64,000 nucleotides of DNA from Tubiluchus corallicola (Eukaryota; Animalia; Priapulida). Where the stretch lies: positions 1 through 64,000 of the forward strand of contig JAQGDQ010000733.1 of assembly GCA_030141605.1 (NCBI GenBank), read 5' to 3'. Below are positions 1 to 11,594 of this stretch, in pieces. Positions within the stretch are counted from its first letter, which is position 1. Every line of letters starts with the position of its first letter. The notes under the pieces were generated by a model, which saw only the letters and a list, made by a program, of their open reading frames with translations, ran no database searches and was not told where the DNA came from. Made by a program: the position numbers and the translations under genes.

Positions 1-138
1 TATTTGGGCTCGCCTGCCGTTAATTAAGTTTTTAATCTATTATTTAATTATCAGAAACGCTTTTGCAGTATTATACGTGTTAAAATGTGTATTTTTATCC
101 GACTTGAAAGTGGGATAGTATAGGAAAAATCATCCTTT
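1..138 (-). mobile_element. Partial copy of Kolobok-like family A
   Basis: Reverse complement matches the start of the copies at 30229, 39858 and 59659. Confidence 0.65.
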
Positions 139-164
139 AAAAAACAGTAAGTTCCCTTTCTATA

Positions 165-820
165 GGTTTTACACGTCAAATGTAGACACAGGAAAGTTCA
201 AATGTGACTTAGGAAAGTCAAGTGTAGATACAGGAATTTCGAATGTGTTTTGTTAACTCAAATGCGACTTAGGTAAGTCAAATGTAGATGCAATTAACGT
301 TAAGAATGTAGTGGAATTGGTTCCCACTTCCCAATGAACAGTGAATCACTAATTAGTTTTTTAAGTAATGCATTAGTACTGCATTAATGAATTAGTTTCT
401 CTCAAGAAACATTGTTTATTTTAAGAATGTATTGTTTTCTCTAACAATTCCAGTGGTATGCAAAGTTTGCAGAATATTAGTGAACTATTAGTGAACCTAT
501 AAAGTTGTTATTTTAACTTAAGAGCAATTATTAAATTGAAATTAAAGAAGATTAAATTTAACATCGTTAAACTTTACCACCTATCCACATTTGAGATACC
601 AATGTCACATTTGACTTGACATGTGTCTACATTTGACTTACCAAAAGCGCTCAAGATTTCTTGCAAACCATTGTTAACACATTTGAACTACCTAAGTCTA
701 CATTTGAGTTACCAAGACACATTTGAATTACCTAAATCTACATTTGAGTTACCAAGACACATTTGAATTACCTAAATCTACATTTGAGTTAACGCAGGTC
801 TACATTTGACATGTAAAACC
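165..820. mobile_element. Non-autonomous foldback/MITE with long subrepeated inverted arms
   Basis: Ends GGTTTTACACGTCAAATGTAGAC...GTCTACATTTGACATGTAAAACC, flanked by TATA on both sides. Confidence 0.8.
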
Positions 821-2185
821 TATATATATATATATATACATGTAGGGTAGATTGTTTTGAGTGCTGAGTGTGTACACGCTGTATGTATTATTTACATAAC
901 CATTGCATTCATTGTGAAACATGGCTTCATACACACGTAACGTGTTAATGATGTTGTGCAAATATTAATTACTGCCGATGCTGCAATAATTGGAGGTAAA
1001 TAGAACTGCCGCCTACCTGACAAATGAAGAGTTTCATGTAATTCACAGATCTTTCGATATCATAACCATAGGCGTAAGAGGCGGGGGATGGTGGGGGTGG
1101 GGGGTGGTTGGGCGTTGGTTTCCCTCACAGAATAAATAAATTTTACATTTTTAGGGCAAATAATTGTATAGCAAAATTTGCGAAAAGACTATAAAGTCAC
1201 CTAGTCTGCTATCCTTTACCGAATATAGATAAAATGATTTTTTATACACTGGTGGGCATTAACGTTATCAGTTTAATTTAGGAAACATTAATATTTTTAA
1301 AATTATGACATTTGCTATATAATTAAGTAATCCAGAGAAAAGAAAACACATGTAGTTTAATTAGCGGGCAACAAAATAAGGTCAATCTTGATTAAACTAA
1401 AAATAGCATTTAGATTTTATGTGAAATGCAGGTGAAAATTCTTATGAAATGATAAAAATACTTTGGGTTAATAATGCAATTATCAATAACTTAAATAAGA
1501 TGCAAAACTAAACATACTATTTCATTTGTCTAAAAATTTCTGTTTGAAATATGAAAATATTCGTAAATTTCAGTTTTGCACAAACTTTTTTCACAGTCGT
1601 TAGTTTACATATTTACATTAAATTTACATATGTTTGTTTACTGCAGTATTTCACCATGTATCATTTGAAATGGGATTCCGATTAGACAGAGTTGTAAGCT
1701 GCTTTACTTCATTAAACACTGGTCATTACCCTAGGCTGAAACTTTGCTTAAAAACACTTTCGTCTTGGCGATGCGGGTCGGGGAGGGGGGGGGGGGGGGT
1801 TGTGAATGAGCCTCACAAGTTGAGCGCCTCTTTTCATCCAAATCTGAACCTCTACAGGCTTGTTAATGTTTTGTTTTTAGACACTTTTGTCAGTTTATAT
1901 CTTACATAAGTATATATGTAGGCTGTTTGCACTTATCTGGAAATGATATAGGCTAGGGTAAGCTTGAAAATTTTCGGGGCAAATTCCTTTTGACCCCCCC
2001 CCCCCCCGTGAAACTTCCTCCCGATCGTAACACTCATCCCATCACTTAACAAATTTTTCCCTTAGTTCCTTTGTGCGGCCATTGCCCACTTTCCCTTCAA
2101 GGGAAGTCCAAAGGAATAAGTGTAACTGCTGTTTTTTCTCCACAAGAAACCATTAGCAGTGTTTCATTTTGTCTGGTGAAAACCA

Positions 2186-3160
2186 CGATTGATTTCTTCA
2201 TTGTTAAACTGATTGATTTCTTCATTGTTAAACTGATTGATTTCTTCATTGTTAAACTGATTGATTTCTTCATTGTTAAACTGATCGATTTCTTCATTGT
2301 TAAACTGATTGATTTCTTTATTGTTAAACTGATTGATTTCTTCATTGTTAAACTGATTGATTTCTTCATTGTTAAACTGATTGATTTCTTCATTGTTAAA
2401 CTGATCGATTTCTTTATTGTTAAACTGATTGATTTCTTCATTGTTAAACTGATTGATTTCTTTATTGTTAAACTGATTGATTTCTTCATTGTTAAACTGA
2501 TTGATTTCTTCATTGTTAAACTGATCGATTTCTTCATTGTTAAACTGATTGATTTCTTCATTGTTAAACTGATTGATTTCTTCATTGTTAAACTGATTGA
2601 TTTCTTCATTGTTAAACTGATCGATTTCTTCATTGTTAAACTGATTGATTTCTTTATTGTTAAACTGATTGATTTCTTCATTGTTAAACTGATTGATTTC
2701 TTCATTGTTAAACTGATTGATTTCTTCATTGTTAAACTGATTCATTTCTTCATTGTTAAACTGATTCATTTCTTCATTGTTAAACTAATTGATTTCTTCA
2801 TTGTTAAACTGATTGATTTCTTCATTGTTAAACTGATTGATTTCTTCATTGTTAAACTGATTGATTTCTTCATTGTTAAACTGATTGATTTCTTCATTGT
2901 TAAACTGATTGATTTCTTCATTGTTAAACTGATTGATTTCTTCATTGTTAAACTGATTGATTTCTTTATTGTTAAACTGATTGATTTCTTCATTGTTAAA
3001 CTGATTGATTTCTTCATTGTTAAACTGATTGATTTCTTCATTGTTAAACTGATTGATTTCTTCATTGTTAAACTGATTGATTTCTTCATTGTTAAACTGA
3101 TTGATTTCTTCATTGTTAAACTGATTGATTTCTCATTGTTAAACTGATTGATTTCTTTAT
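2186..3160. repeat. 24-bp minisatellite (TTGATTTCTTCATTGTTAAACTGA) x~40
   Basis: Direct inspection. Confidence 0.97.
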
Positions 3161-3790
3161 TGCTTTGCAACATGCCCTCTATGTATCCACTGTGCTGATT
3201 TAAACTTGTGTTGCCCCCTCTTTTCTGTTATAAACTGGTTTCCTTTTAAACAGGTCATGTGACCAGACTTTTACCTGTACACTTACCTGTAGATTGGAGT
3301 AACTCAGGCGTTCACACACTGCAGTGACAGATTGTTTAGCGTCATTCATTGATTCGTTGTTATAATTTCATAATTACACTTATAGAAGATCACCATGTAA
3401 GTTGATTTATTAATTTCTTAAATCTTGAACCTTTGTTTATTAAAAAGACTAGAGATTAGATTTTATAATTTGCGTAAAACTTTGTTAAAGTTAATTAGAT
3501 CAATTTGGTTTAGATTTCGCTGTAAAATTGAGCAGAATTATATAAAATTATCTTATTTGTTTTCAGATTAAACGATACAAGCTACACAACTATGTTGTTG
3601 GAGATTTTTTATAAGAAGGTAGCACATCCGCCATCTTGAATGCAAACTGTATGAAATACCTAGACGAAGGCATTCTTTCACTACTTTCTCACTTTTTCAA
3701 ATGGTATTTGGCCCAGACACTCAACAATTCTTGCCTGTAGTTTCTGTGCATCAAACATCTCTGTGCAGCTGTGGTACACTTTGTCTTTAA

Positions 3791-4222
3791 CCCTTTCATA
3801 CCCGTTGTATCGTGGGATACGAGAACATTTTCTGCCTTTAAAATTAATAAAATTTTAAAACTGACAGTTATTTGGTCTGTTAATAGTTATTTTGATTTAA
3901 GCCAATAACAATAGACTAAAATGGTGATAAAATGGCAAACTAGAAAATCTACATAGCATAAAAAACTGTGCAAGGTAGAGACGACTTTGTACAGATCAGC
4001 ATAGCGTGCATACTAAATGTCTTAGATACTTTAAAAAATTATCAGCAGTTGCAAAATGAAGCACATTTTATGCTTCCATTGAATCCCGTAGGATACAGGC
4101 TATATTTAGCACGCGGGCACAGGTAGAAAAAATAATTATTATGTGTAAACAAGATGGAGATACTGAACAAAAGTACCAAGCCAAAAAAATTCTTATTAAA
4201 AAATAATTTGGGACTGAAAGGG
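3791..4222. mobile_element. piggyBac-like MITE
   Basis: TTAA|CCCTTTCA...TGAAAGGG|TTAA. Confidence 0.85.
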
Positions 4223-4329
4223 TTAAGTGAATTCCAGATACGCTAATCTAGAAGATTAACTCCCATTTTTTCTTGACAACAAAGTTTTGTCAATGCTTCA
4301 TTTTCTGTGCTGAAACCCATGATGTACAT

Positions 4330-4811
4330 CAGGGGTGTGCAAATTATCTGACTAGCCGGGCCACATTAAACTTTCCCGCAATTCCTGCGGGCCACAGGCA
4401 GTTTGATCAAGGAGCCAAGTACAGAAAGGCCTAATAACGATTTTTTTGCATCCGACCTGCGTACATCATTACTACTATGCTCAAGAAACTATTTTAGAAG
4501 TTATTAAAATTTATATTACAAACCATATATTTCTACTTTCAGGACAGATAGTGGTAATTTCATTACAATGCATATTAGTAATGTGTATCACACAGTCTGT
4601 GTAGTACAGTGACATTAAGCTACAACCGTCTTGTAAGGGTTAATGGCATCCGATCTAGTAGAAAAAACTACCCTCACTATCTTTGGGATCGTGGTACAGA
4701 CTTCAGCTGGATACACTCAATTAATCACCCGGGCCACACTTTCATTAGGTTGACAAATCTCTTTGCGGGCCGCACAAATTCTCTCAGCGGGCCGCAATTT
4801 GCACACCCTTG
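4330..4811 (+). mobile_element. hAT-like MITE family H1, copy 1
   Basis: TIR CAGGGGTGTGCAAATT...AATTTGCACACCCTTG; imperfect 8-bp TSD ATGTACAT/ATGTACCA; homologous to 31454 and 51954. Confidence 0.9.
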
Positions 4812-5031
4812 ATGTACCACGATGTACACTGATGTACCATGATGTACACTGATGTACCATGATGTACACTGATGTGCCATGATGTACACTGATGTACCAC
4901 GATGTACACTGATGTACCACGATGTACACTGATGTACCATGATGTACACTGATGTACCATGATGTACACTGATGTACCACGATGTACACTGATGTACCAT
5001 GATGTACACTGATGTACCATGATGTACACTG
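4811..5031. repeat. 20-bp minisatellite (GATGTACCAYGATGTACACT) x11
   Basis: Direct inspection. Confidence 0.95.
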
Positions 5032-5202
5032 TTCATTTATTTATTGTTTTCCTAACAAGTATTGAGTGCATCAATGTGGCTGTTTTTCTGTTCATGATTA
5101 GCCGAGGTTTAGCTTTTTAACATGCGCAAATTTTGCGGCCGTAACTTAAAACCCACTAAAACTATAAGCCTGTAACTTTCACAACTGAAAGTCGATATAT
5201 AC

Positions 5203-6184
5203 AGTAGTAACATCGGGCTGTGAGTAGTAGTAACATCGGGCTGTGAGTAGTAGTAACATCGGGCTGTGAGTAGTAGTAACATCGGGCTGTGAGTAGTAGT
5301 AACATCGGGCTGCGAGTAGTAGTAACATCGGGCTGTGAGTAGTAGTAACATCGGGCTGTGAATAGTAGTAACATCGGGCTGTGAGTAGTAGTAACATCGG
5401 GCTGTGAATAGTAGTAACATCGGGCTGCGAGTAGTAGTAACATCGGGCTACGAGTAGTAGTAACATCGGGCTGTGAATAGTAGTAACATCGGGCTGCGAA
5501 TAGTGTAACATCGGGCTGTGAGTAGTAGTAACATCGGGCTGTGAATAGTAGTAACATCGGGCTGCGAGTAGTAGTAACATCGGGCTGCGAATAGTAGTAA
5601 CATCGGGCTGTGAATAGTAGTAACATCGGGCTGTGAATAGTAGTAACATCGGGCTGTGAGTAGTAGTAACATCGGGCTGCGAGTAGTAGTAACATCGGGC
5701 TGTGAGTAGTAGTAACATCGGGCTGTGAATAGTAGTAACATCGGGCTGTGAGTAGTAGTAACATCGGGCTGTGAATAGTAGTAACATCGGGCTGCGAGTA
5801 GTAGTAACATCGGGCTGTGAGTAGTAGTAACATCGGGCTGCGAATAGTAATAACATCGGGCTGCGAATAGTAGTAACATCGGGCTGTGAATAGTAGTAAC
5901 ATTGGGCTGCGAATAGTAGTAACATCGGGCTGTGAGTAGTAGTAACATCGGGCTGCGAGTAGTAGTAACATCGGGCTGTGAGTAGTAGTAACATCGGGCT
6001 GTGAATAGTAGTAACATCGGGCTGTGAGTAGTAGTAACATCGGGCTGTGAGTAGTAGTAACATCGGGCTGCGAATAGCAGTAACATCGGGCTGCGAATAG
6101 TAGTAACATCGGGCTGCGAATAGCAGTAACATCGGGCTGTGAGTAGTAGTAACATCGGGCTGTGAGTAGTAGTAACAGCGGGCT
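5203..6184. repeat. 23-bp minisatellite (GTAGTAACATCGGGCTGTGAGTA) x~42
   Basis: Direct inspection. Confidence 0.97.
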
Positions 6185-7473
6185 TGAAATTTTAACTTCT
6201 TAGCATTTTAGGGCGTTCGCTTATTGTAGTCTGAACTTTGGCACGTTTTTTCTGCGCCACCCGATATACGGATTAATTGCTGTGCTTACGACAAACTAAG
6301 AAAGCACAGAAAAGTGGCGCAATGTAGGCGGATGATCGGATTTAGAAGATAACATTTAATCTCATAAGAAGATTTTCACACTACAGTACAAATAACTCTT
6401 CGAACGTGAGAGAAGCCGTCGTGACCTTGACAAAACTGAGACGATTATCTCTGCAAGTCCTGGACGGCGGAAGTTGCTCACGGAACCGGAAATGGGAGCG
6501 GCAGTCACTTTTACAGAATATTACGTAATAATTTTCTGTTTTTTTTAAGGTACACCGCCTTTTATTAACTCAACAATAGCTTCAATAGATATGACAGTAA
6601 ATTATGCATATAGTTTACAAGACAATACATTTGTATTATTTATTATTATTATTACACAACACGTGGCGCCATCCTCTGACAAAAAAGAAAGCAACATAAG
6701 TTGACGCCCCTTTGATAACTATTTACTGTATAAACCATGCGATAATAATTTTATTAATACAAATTATTATTATTATTATAACAATACCATTTAGAGAAAC
6801 CAGAAAAATATAGGCTAAGTGAAAAAATGACAACGGTGATGATGCTGTTGACGACAACGAAAGTGATAACAATGATATAAAATAATACAACATGGCAGCT
6901 TACAGTGATGAAACAAATACGTGAAAGTACGTAACATTTGAAAAATTCAGGCAAATGATACTAATCTGGGTAAATTGGCAACTTCTAGTAATAAGAATTT
7001 ACAACGGCGCATTAATCGCATCACAGCACTACTTTCATTTAGCATAAAATAACACGGAACACTTTCCTTGGATAATATTGCTAAAAGACGCCTACGCGGA
7101 GTCTATAAACTCGTGCAATGACTCGTTACCATAGAGACGAATATAAATAAATAATTTTTTACTTATTTGACTAATTCACAGGCGTATAAAAGAAAAGTCA
7201 CATTCAGGAATGATAATTTATGAAGACTCGTAGAAGCATGTTTTAAAAAAAACAACAAAAAACAGATTTAGAGGTTTGTCGCGATCGCTATTATTGTTTT
7301 TGTTAAGATTGACATTAGACGATTTCAGGGCCAGATTATGACCTCTTGGGGCCCTTGGGGTAATAAAATTATGTTAATAATAACAATAAATAGGAATTTT
7401 TTCAAATCGGCACTAATTTATTCTCTCTCACAAGCAAACGGAAAGCAATCGTTTTGAAACGTCACAGCATCAA

Positions 7474-8123
7474 AGGAGAAGAAAAGGGGTACGTGAAATA
7501 GGTTTCAGAGAAATCGCCTTAAAGTTATATTACTTTATAGCAATTTACGCATATATCGTACTCGCGTTGAAAAGAATTTTTGTTTGTTTTCATGGTTTAA
7601 ATTTAAACTCCCGCGATGACCGTTAGGCGCAGCCATTTTAATGGTAGGTCATTTGAAACAAGTTTTGACAACATTGAGTAAAGTTTGAAAAAATAATCAG
7701 AGCATTCGTAGCATACATGTTACTAACTAAGTAAAATTTTAAATTACTGTATCTTGTCAATAAGATTAAAAATACGTTTTTGGTTAGTGAGTGGCGCACC
7801 CTGGAGGGTGAGTCAGCGACATTTTACCAATTGGCACAAACATTTTAAATTATTATTTTTAGTTACGTAAGTCTTTCCAGCAGGTATGTAATATAGATTT
7901 GCATGGAAAGTTTTTTGGGACATAATTTAACATTGCCTTTTCTTCCCCTGATTTACGTGGCGTAGTGACGTCATGTAATGGCGCCGTCGGAACAGTATTG
8001 CGGGAGATTTAAAATGAAAACAAACAAAAATTCCTTTCAACGCGAGCACGATGTACGCATAAAATTGCTTTAAAGTAGTATAATGTTTCTGAAACCTACT
8101 TCAGTCAGCCCTTTTCTTGTCCC
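7474..8123 (-). mobile_element. Kolobok-like MITE family B, full-length copy
   Basis: Long imperfect TIRs AGGAGAAGAAAAGGGG.../...CCCTTTTCTTGTCCC|TTAA; homologous to 19683 and 45019. Confidence 0.75.
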
Positions 8124-11100
8124 TTAAGGGAATACTAGACCCAATGTTAAACTGTAGGTCTAAACAAATACTACTTAATACCAGCAAAAAAACCCCAGAC
8201 CATCTTAGGGCTCCGTACACCCTGACCCAGGACTCAGGGCACGCTGCCCTGATAATACCAATCGTGTGTGCACGGCTCTACTAGGCAGTAAGTCGTCTTA
8301 ATTAGCTAGTTTTCCACACTAATGCCTAATAATCTTATATATACAAAAAAAAGTATCATTATAAGAATCTTGTGCTAATCAAAGATCCTTGTGATCCATA
8401 TTCATTCTTTATACTCCCCACAAGAAAGTACATACAAATGAGTCCATAGGTAATTAGCCTTCCCAGAATGCAATACAATTACCCGCGAATACGTATGGGT
8501 ATTAAAAAGGGACAAATAGCCAGGTTAACAAGAGCTGATGAATAGCTCAGCACACGGGAAGGAATCTAGGTTACCTGTGGATGCCGGAAACGGAAATGCA
8601 GTTAAATCAATGACAAAGAAGTGCCTACCTAAGTACCGTTACATTGGCCACTACGCTAGTAAGCCAATTAAACCTGCCATGGTCACAAGGAATCATGCGT
8701 CGTGGGGTTGAAAGTGAAATCCAAAGGCTTGAGGTTCAAATCCAGTTGTAGACACATTTTGTTACACTTCCTTTCAGAAAAGTTTGGCTTTAACAGTTTG
8801 ACGGTAATTATGAGTTTTTTCCACGATTACCACCCCCCCCCCCGCCGCCCTGTGATCTATATTTAACCACCTGGTGTCGTGTTTACTCTTAATTGCAATA
8901 ATGTTTGCTTGCGTAAGGTTTCAGAAACCCTACTAGACATCGAAAACAGGGGGAGAAAAATGATTCTTGGATGGATTAGTTGAGCCTGGTACTGTGCCAA
9001 GTTCATCAAAAGTGCACAGTCAAGGTTAATATTTGCTGGGGCATAGGAGCAAAATAAGCAGAACTAATCAGTAAATGATGCCTAAAATTAGCTAACATAC
9101 CTCTCACAAGTTTTTCTTTATAGCTGCGGTAGATGGCGTAACAAGTGCTGTAAACACTTTAATAAGGCACAGTGCACAAATCATGTCGTTTCAACTACTA
9201 ACACTGAAAAAAGCGATGACCCACCAAAGCAGCTGGTGACTTTTTCACATTACCGTCCAGTCAGTTTTATTTGTTAGAGACATGAACAGTGACATTAGCT
9301 AGCTGTCACATCACAAACGGTAAATACAAACAGTGGCAGCCCGTAGCTAAAATCAAGGGGTGGGTGGGTGCTGTTTCAGAAAATATTTAGCCATTGGTTT
9401 AATGCTGCGTAAAACAAAACAAACATATGTAATTTTAATGCTGCAATTCGTAATTGTAATTTTAAACAAACAAGCATACAAAGGTTTATATATAAACTTG
9501 ATAAAATCTTAAACAAAAAAAATTTTGCTTACGAATGGCCTAAATTGCCGCAGTTCGCGAATATGCCGGTTCACGGATTCTAAGCACGTGACAACTAACA
9601 ACAAACTGCATGAGTGAGAGTACTTTCTCTACCTAGCAGCAGACGCTAGCAGTGCAGCGTACAGCATGTTATCTCAGACATGAGCGCATGCGCCAACAGC
9701 CAAACACACCACTGTGCTGGGCTGTGAAGCAAACAGTACTACCCTCACGTGCTCTGCTTCCACACAAGTATAAAGTACTAAAGAAAAAAGACGTATTATA
9801 ATGAATATTATCGATAATACTGAGTGAAAATAGGGGGTGCTGCAGTTCCACAGCACCTATACATGAACCACCACTGAATACACAGTATTTACATGCGAGT
9901 AACAGAGAAACAATAGCTCCTCTTTTCAATGTTCACACTCTGTGGAATAGAGCCAAGTGACCACAACAATGTTTCCTAGTTACACGCTTGACGAAAGCTT
10001 CTACCTGGATTATTCTATTAAGCGACAAAAACAATATTATACCAGAGGGCGTTGTGTGTGAATGACTACACAGTAACAAACGAACGCACAAATAACTCAC
10101 AAATTAATGGCAAAGACAAAATGGTGCATGTCATGTTATATACAATGATCATAGCGAGACGAAAAGGACGAATCACGTATATTGTGCTGTGCATTTACCA
10201 ATTATTTATAGTGCCGAGTGTATGATATAAACCTATTTTCAAGAATAAGTTTCTGAACAAAGAAAATGACAACGCCTTTCATCGCGCTACGTGTCAAACA
10301 ATATAACTACAACAACAACAACCAGCAGTTAAAAATAATAACATGAAAATGTGAATCAGTGCAATCAATGTGCTGCAAAAAAAACAAATTTCATACCAAA
10401 AATACACTTACTGTCACATACAACAGTAGGCGTTGTGAAGGGGCAGAGGGGGGGTTCTTGCAAGCATTTCTGTAAGAGCGTTAAAAAGGAAGAAATAAAC
10501 AGAAGAAAGAAAGAAAGAAGGAAGAACTAAGAAACGAAAATGAAAAAAGCAAAAAATCGCAAAGCAAAATTTTTTTTAGACAATTGTACACTTAAATTGC
10601 AAAGTCACTCATTGCTTCAGATATTTAGGGCCAAAGTCCATTTTTACATACATGCTTCCACCATGGTAAACATCACACGTATTATTATATTCCATTAACT
10701 AAAGAATTTTTATGAAAAAATTGGGTCTATTATATGCCAAATTCGAGCTGTTTTTTGGCACTTGAAACGGCGCCCGATCCTGCCTAATTTAAATCTTATT
10801 TTAGGTCTCTAAAATGTCCTAAAGTCAGAAAAATGCATCAGTGGCTGCCGTTCCAAACCCCCAACATGGAACCTTGGGGGGAGGCGGGGCACTTTTATAT
10901 TCTATGCCCCCTCCGTGTGAAGCCCTGATACCCAAGGTAGTTTAATGGCGGCGGCACCACTGACCTTGAAACCCTGTTTAGCAAATACAAATTTTCGCAG
11001 TAACTGCAGTTAAATACAATAATTATTAATAAATAATCTGTATTAAATCCGGAACTGTGTCTAGTGCAAAAATATTTCCAAGAACCACTGAAAATAAGCA

Positions 11101-11434
11101 GCAGTTCATCTCAGTGCATTTTTCTCCAGGTTAGGCAGTAATTAATCAACAGGTAATCTCCTAAATTCAGTGTTTGCTAGTTACCATGACAACGCAAATC
11201 GTGGATAAAAAACCAACATTTCTTTACTGCTGCACAAAAAATGAAAGCAAGTGGCAAAAATAGAACGGCATATAAAAGTAAAGCATTAGTATAATTTACG
11301 TTCAGACAAAAGGAGTTTCAAGTCTGCGGCCAAAGTTCACAAGTTGGACGATGTCCACGACTTGGACAATGTCCACAAGTGCCAACATGCCACCACCGCT
11401 TTTGTGCCCCGGGTGATTTCTCTTGTGCCCGCGA

Positions 11435-11594
11435 CTAAGCGAGAAAAACCACGAAGATGATGAAGAAGACGATGAGCACGAGGAATATTTTGATCATCAG
11501 CCAACGATTCGACGTCACCGACTGAAAATACTTGAGAATCTCTCCGTGCGCCGCCTCCACGTTCAGCTCCGACTGCTCCACGTTCGAGTCGATC
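11435..11594 (-). CDS. STX5: STX5 exon 10 (end of SNARE motif plus transmembrane anchor, stop TAG at 11437-11435)
   Basis: TTCTCTTAG acceptor; [52 protein letters not shown]. Confidence 0.97.

Larger units (their letters stand above)
3611..5100 (-). pseudogene. Decayed Tc1/mariner-superfamily transposase C-terminus, interrupted by two MITEs and a minisatellite
   Basis: Removing the 3791-4222 insert gives NLLD*RIWNSLKDKVYHSCTEMFDAQKLQARIVECLGQIPFEKVRK...VCIQDGG, resembling the DLNP-D-IW-LK-KVY...GG tail of DDD/E transposases. Confidence 0.55.

Noticed and set aside
850-3620. Several short AG...GT-bounded plus-strand segments (e.g. 1647-1693, 3568-3618)
   Set aside because: No recognisable protein and no consistent phase chain could be built.
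2071-6155. Long repetitive ORFs (KLIDFFIV, ARCYYYSQPDV etc.)
   Set aside because: Translations of minisatellites that are open in several frames and strands, with no protein signal.
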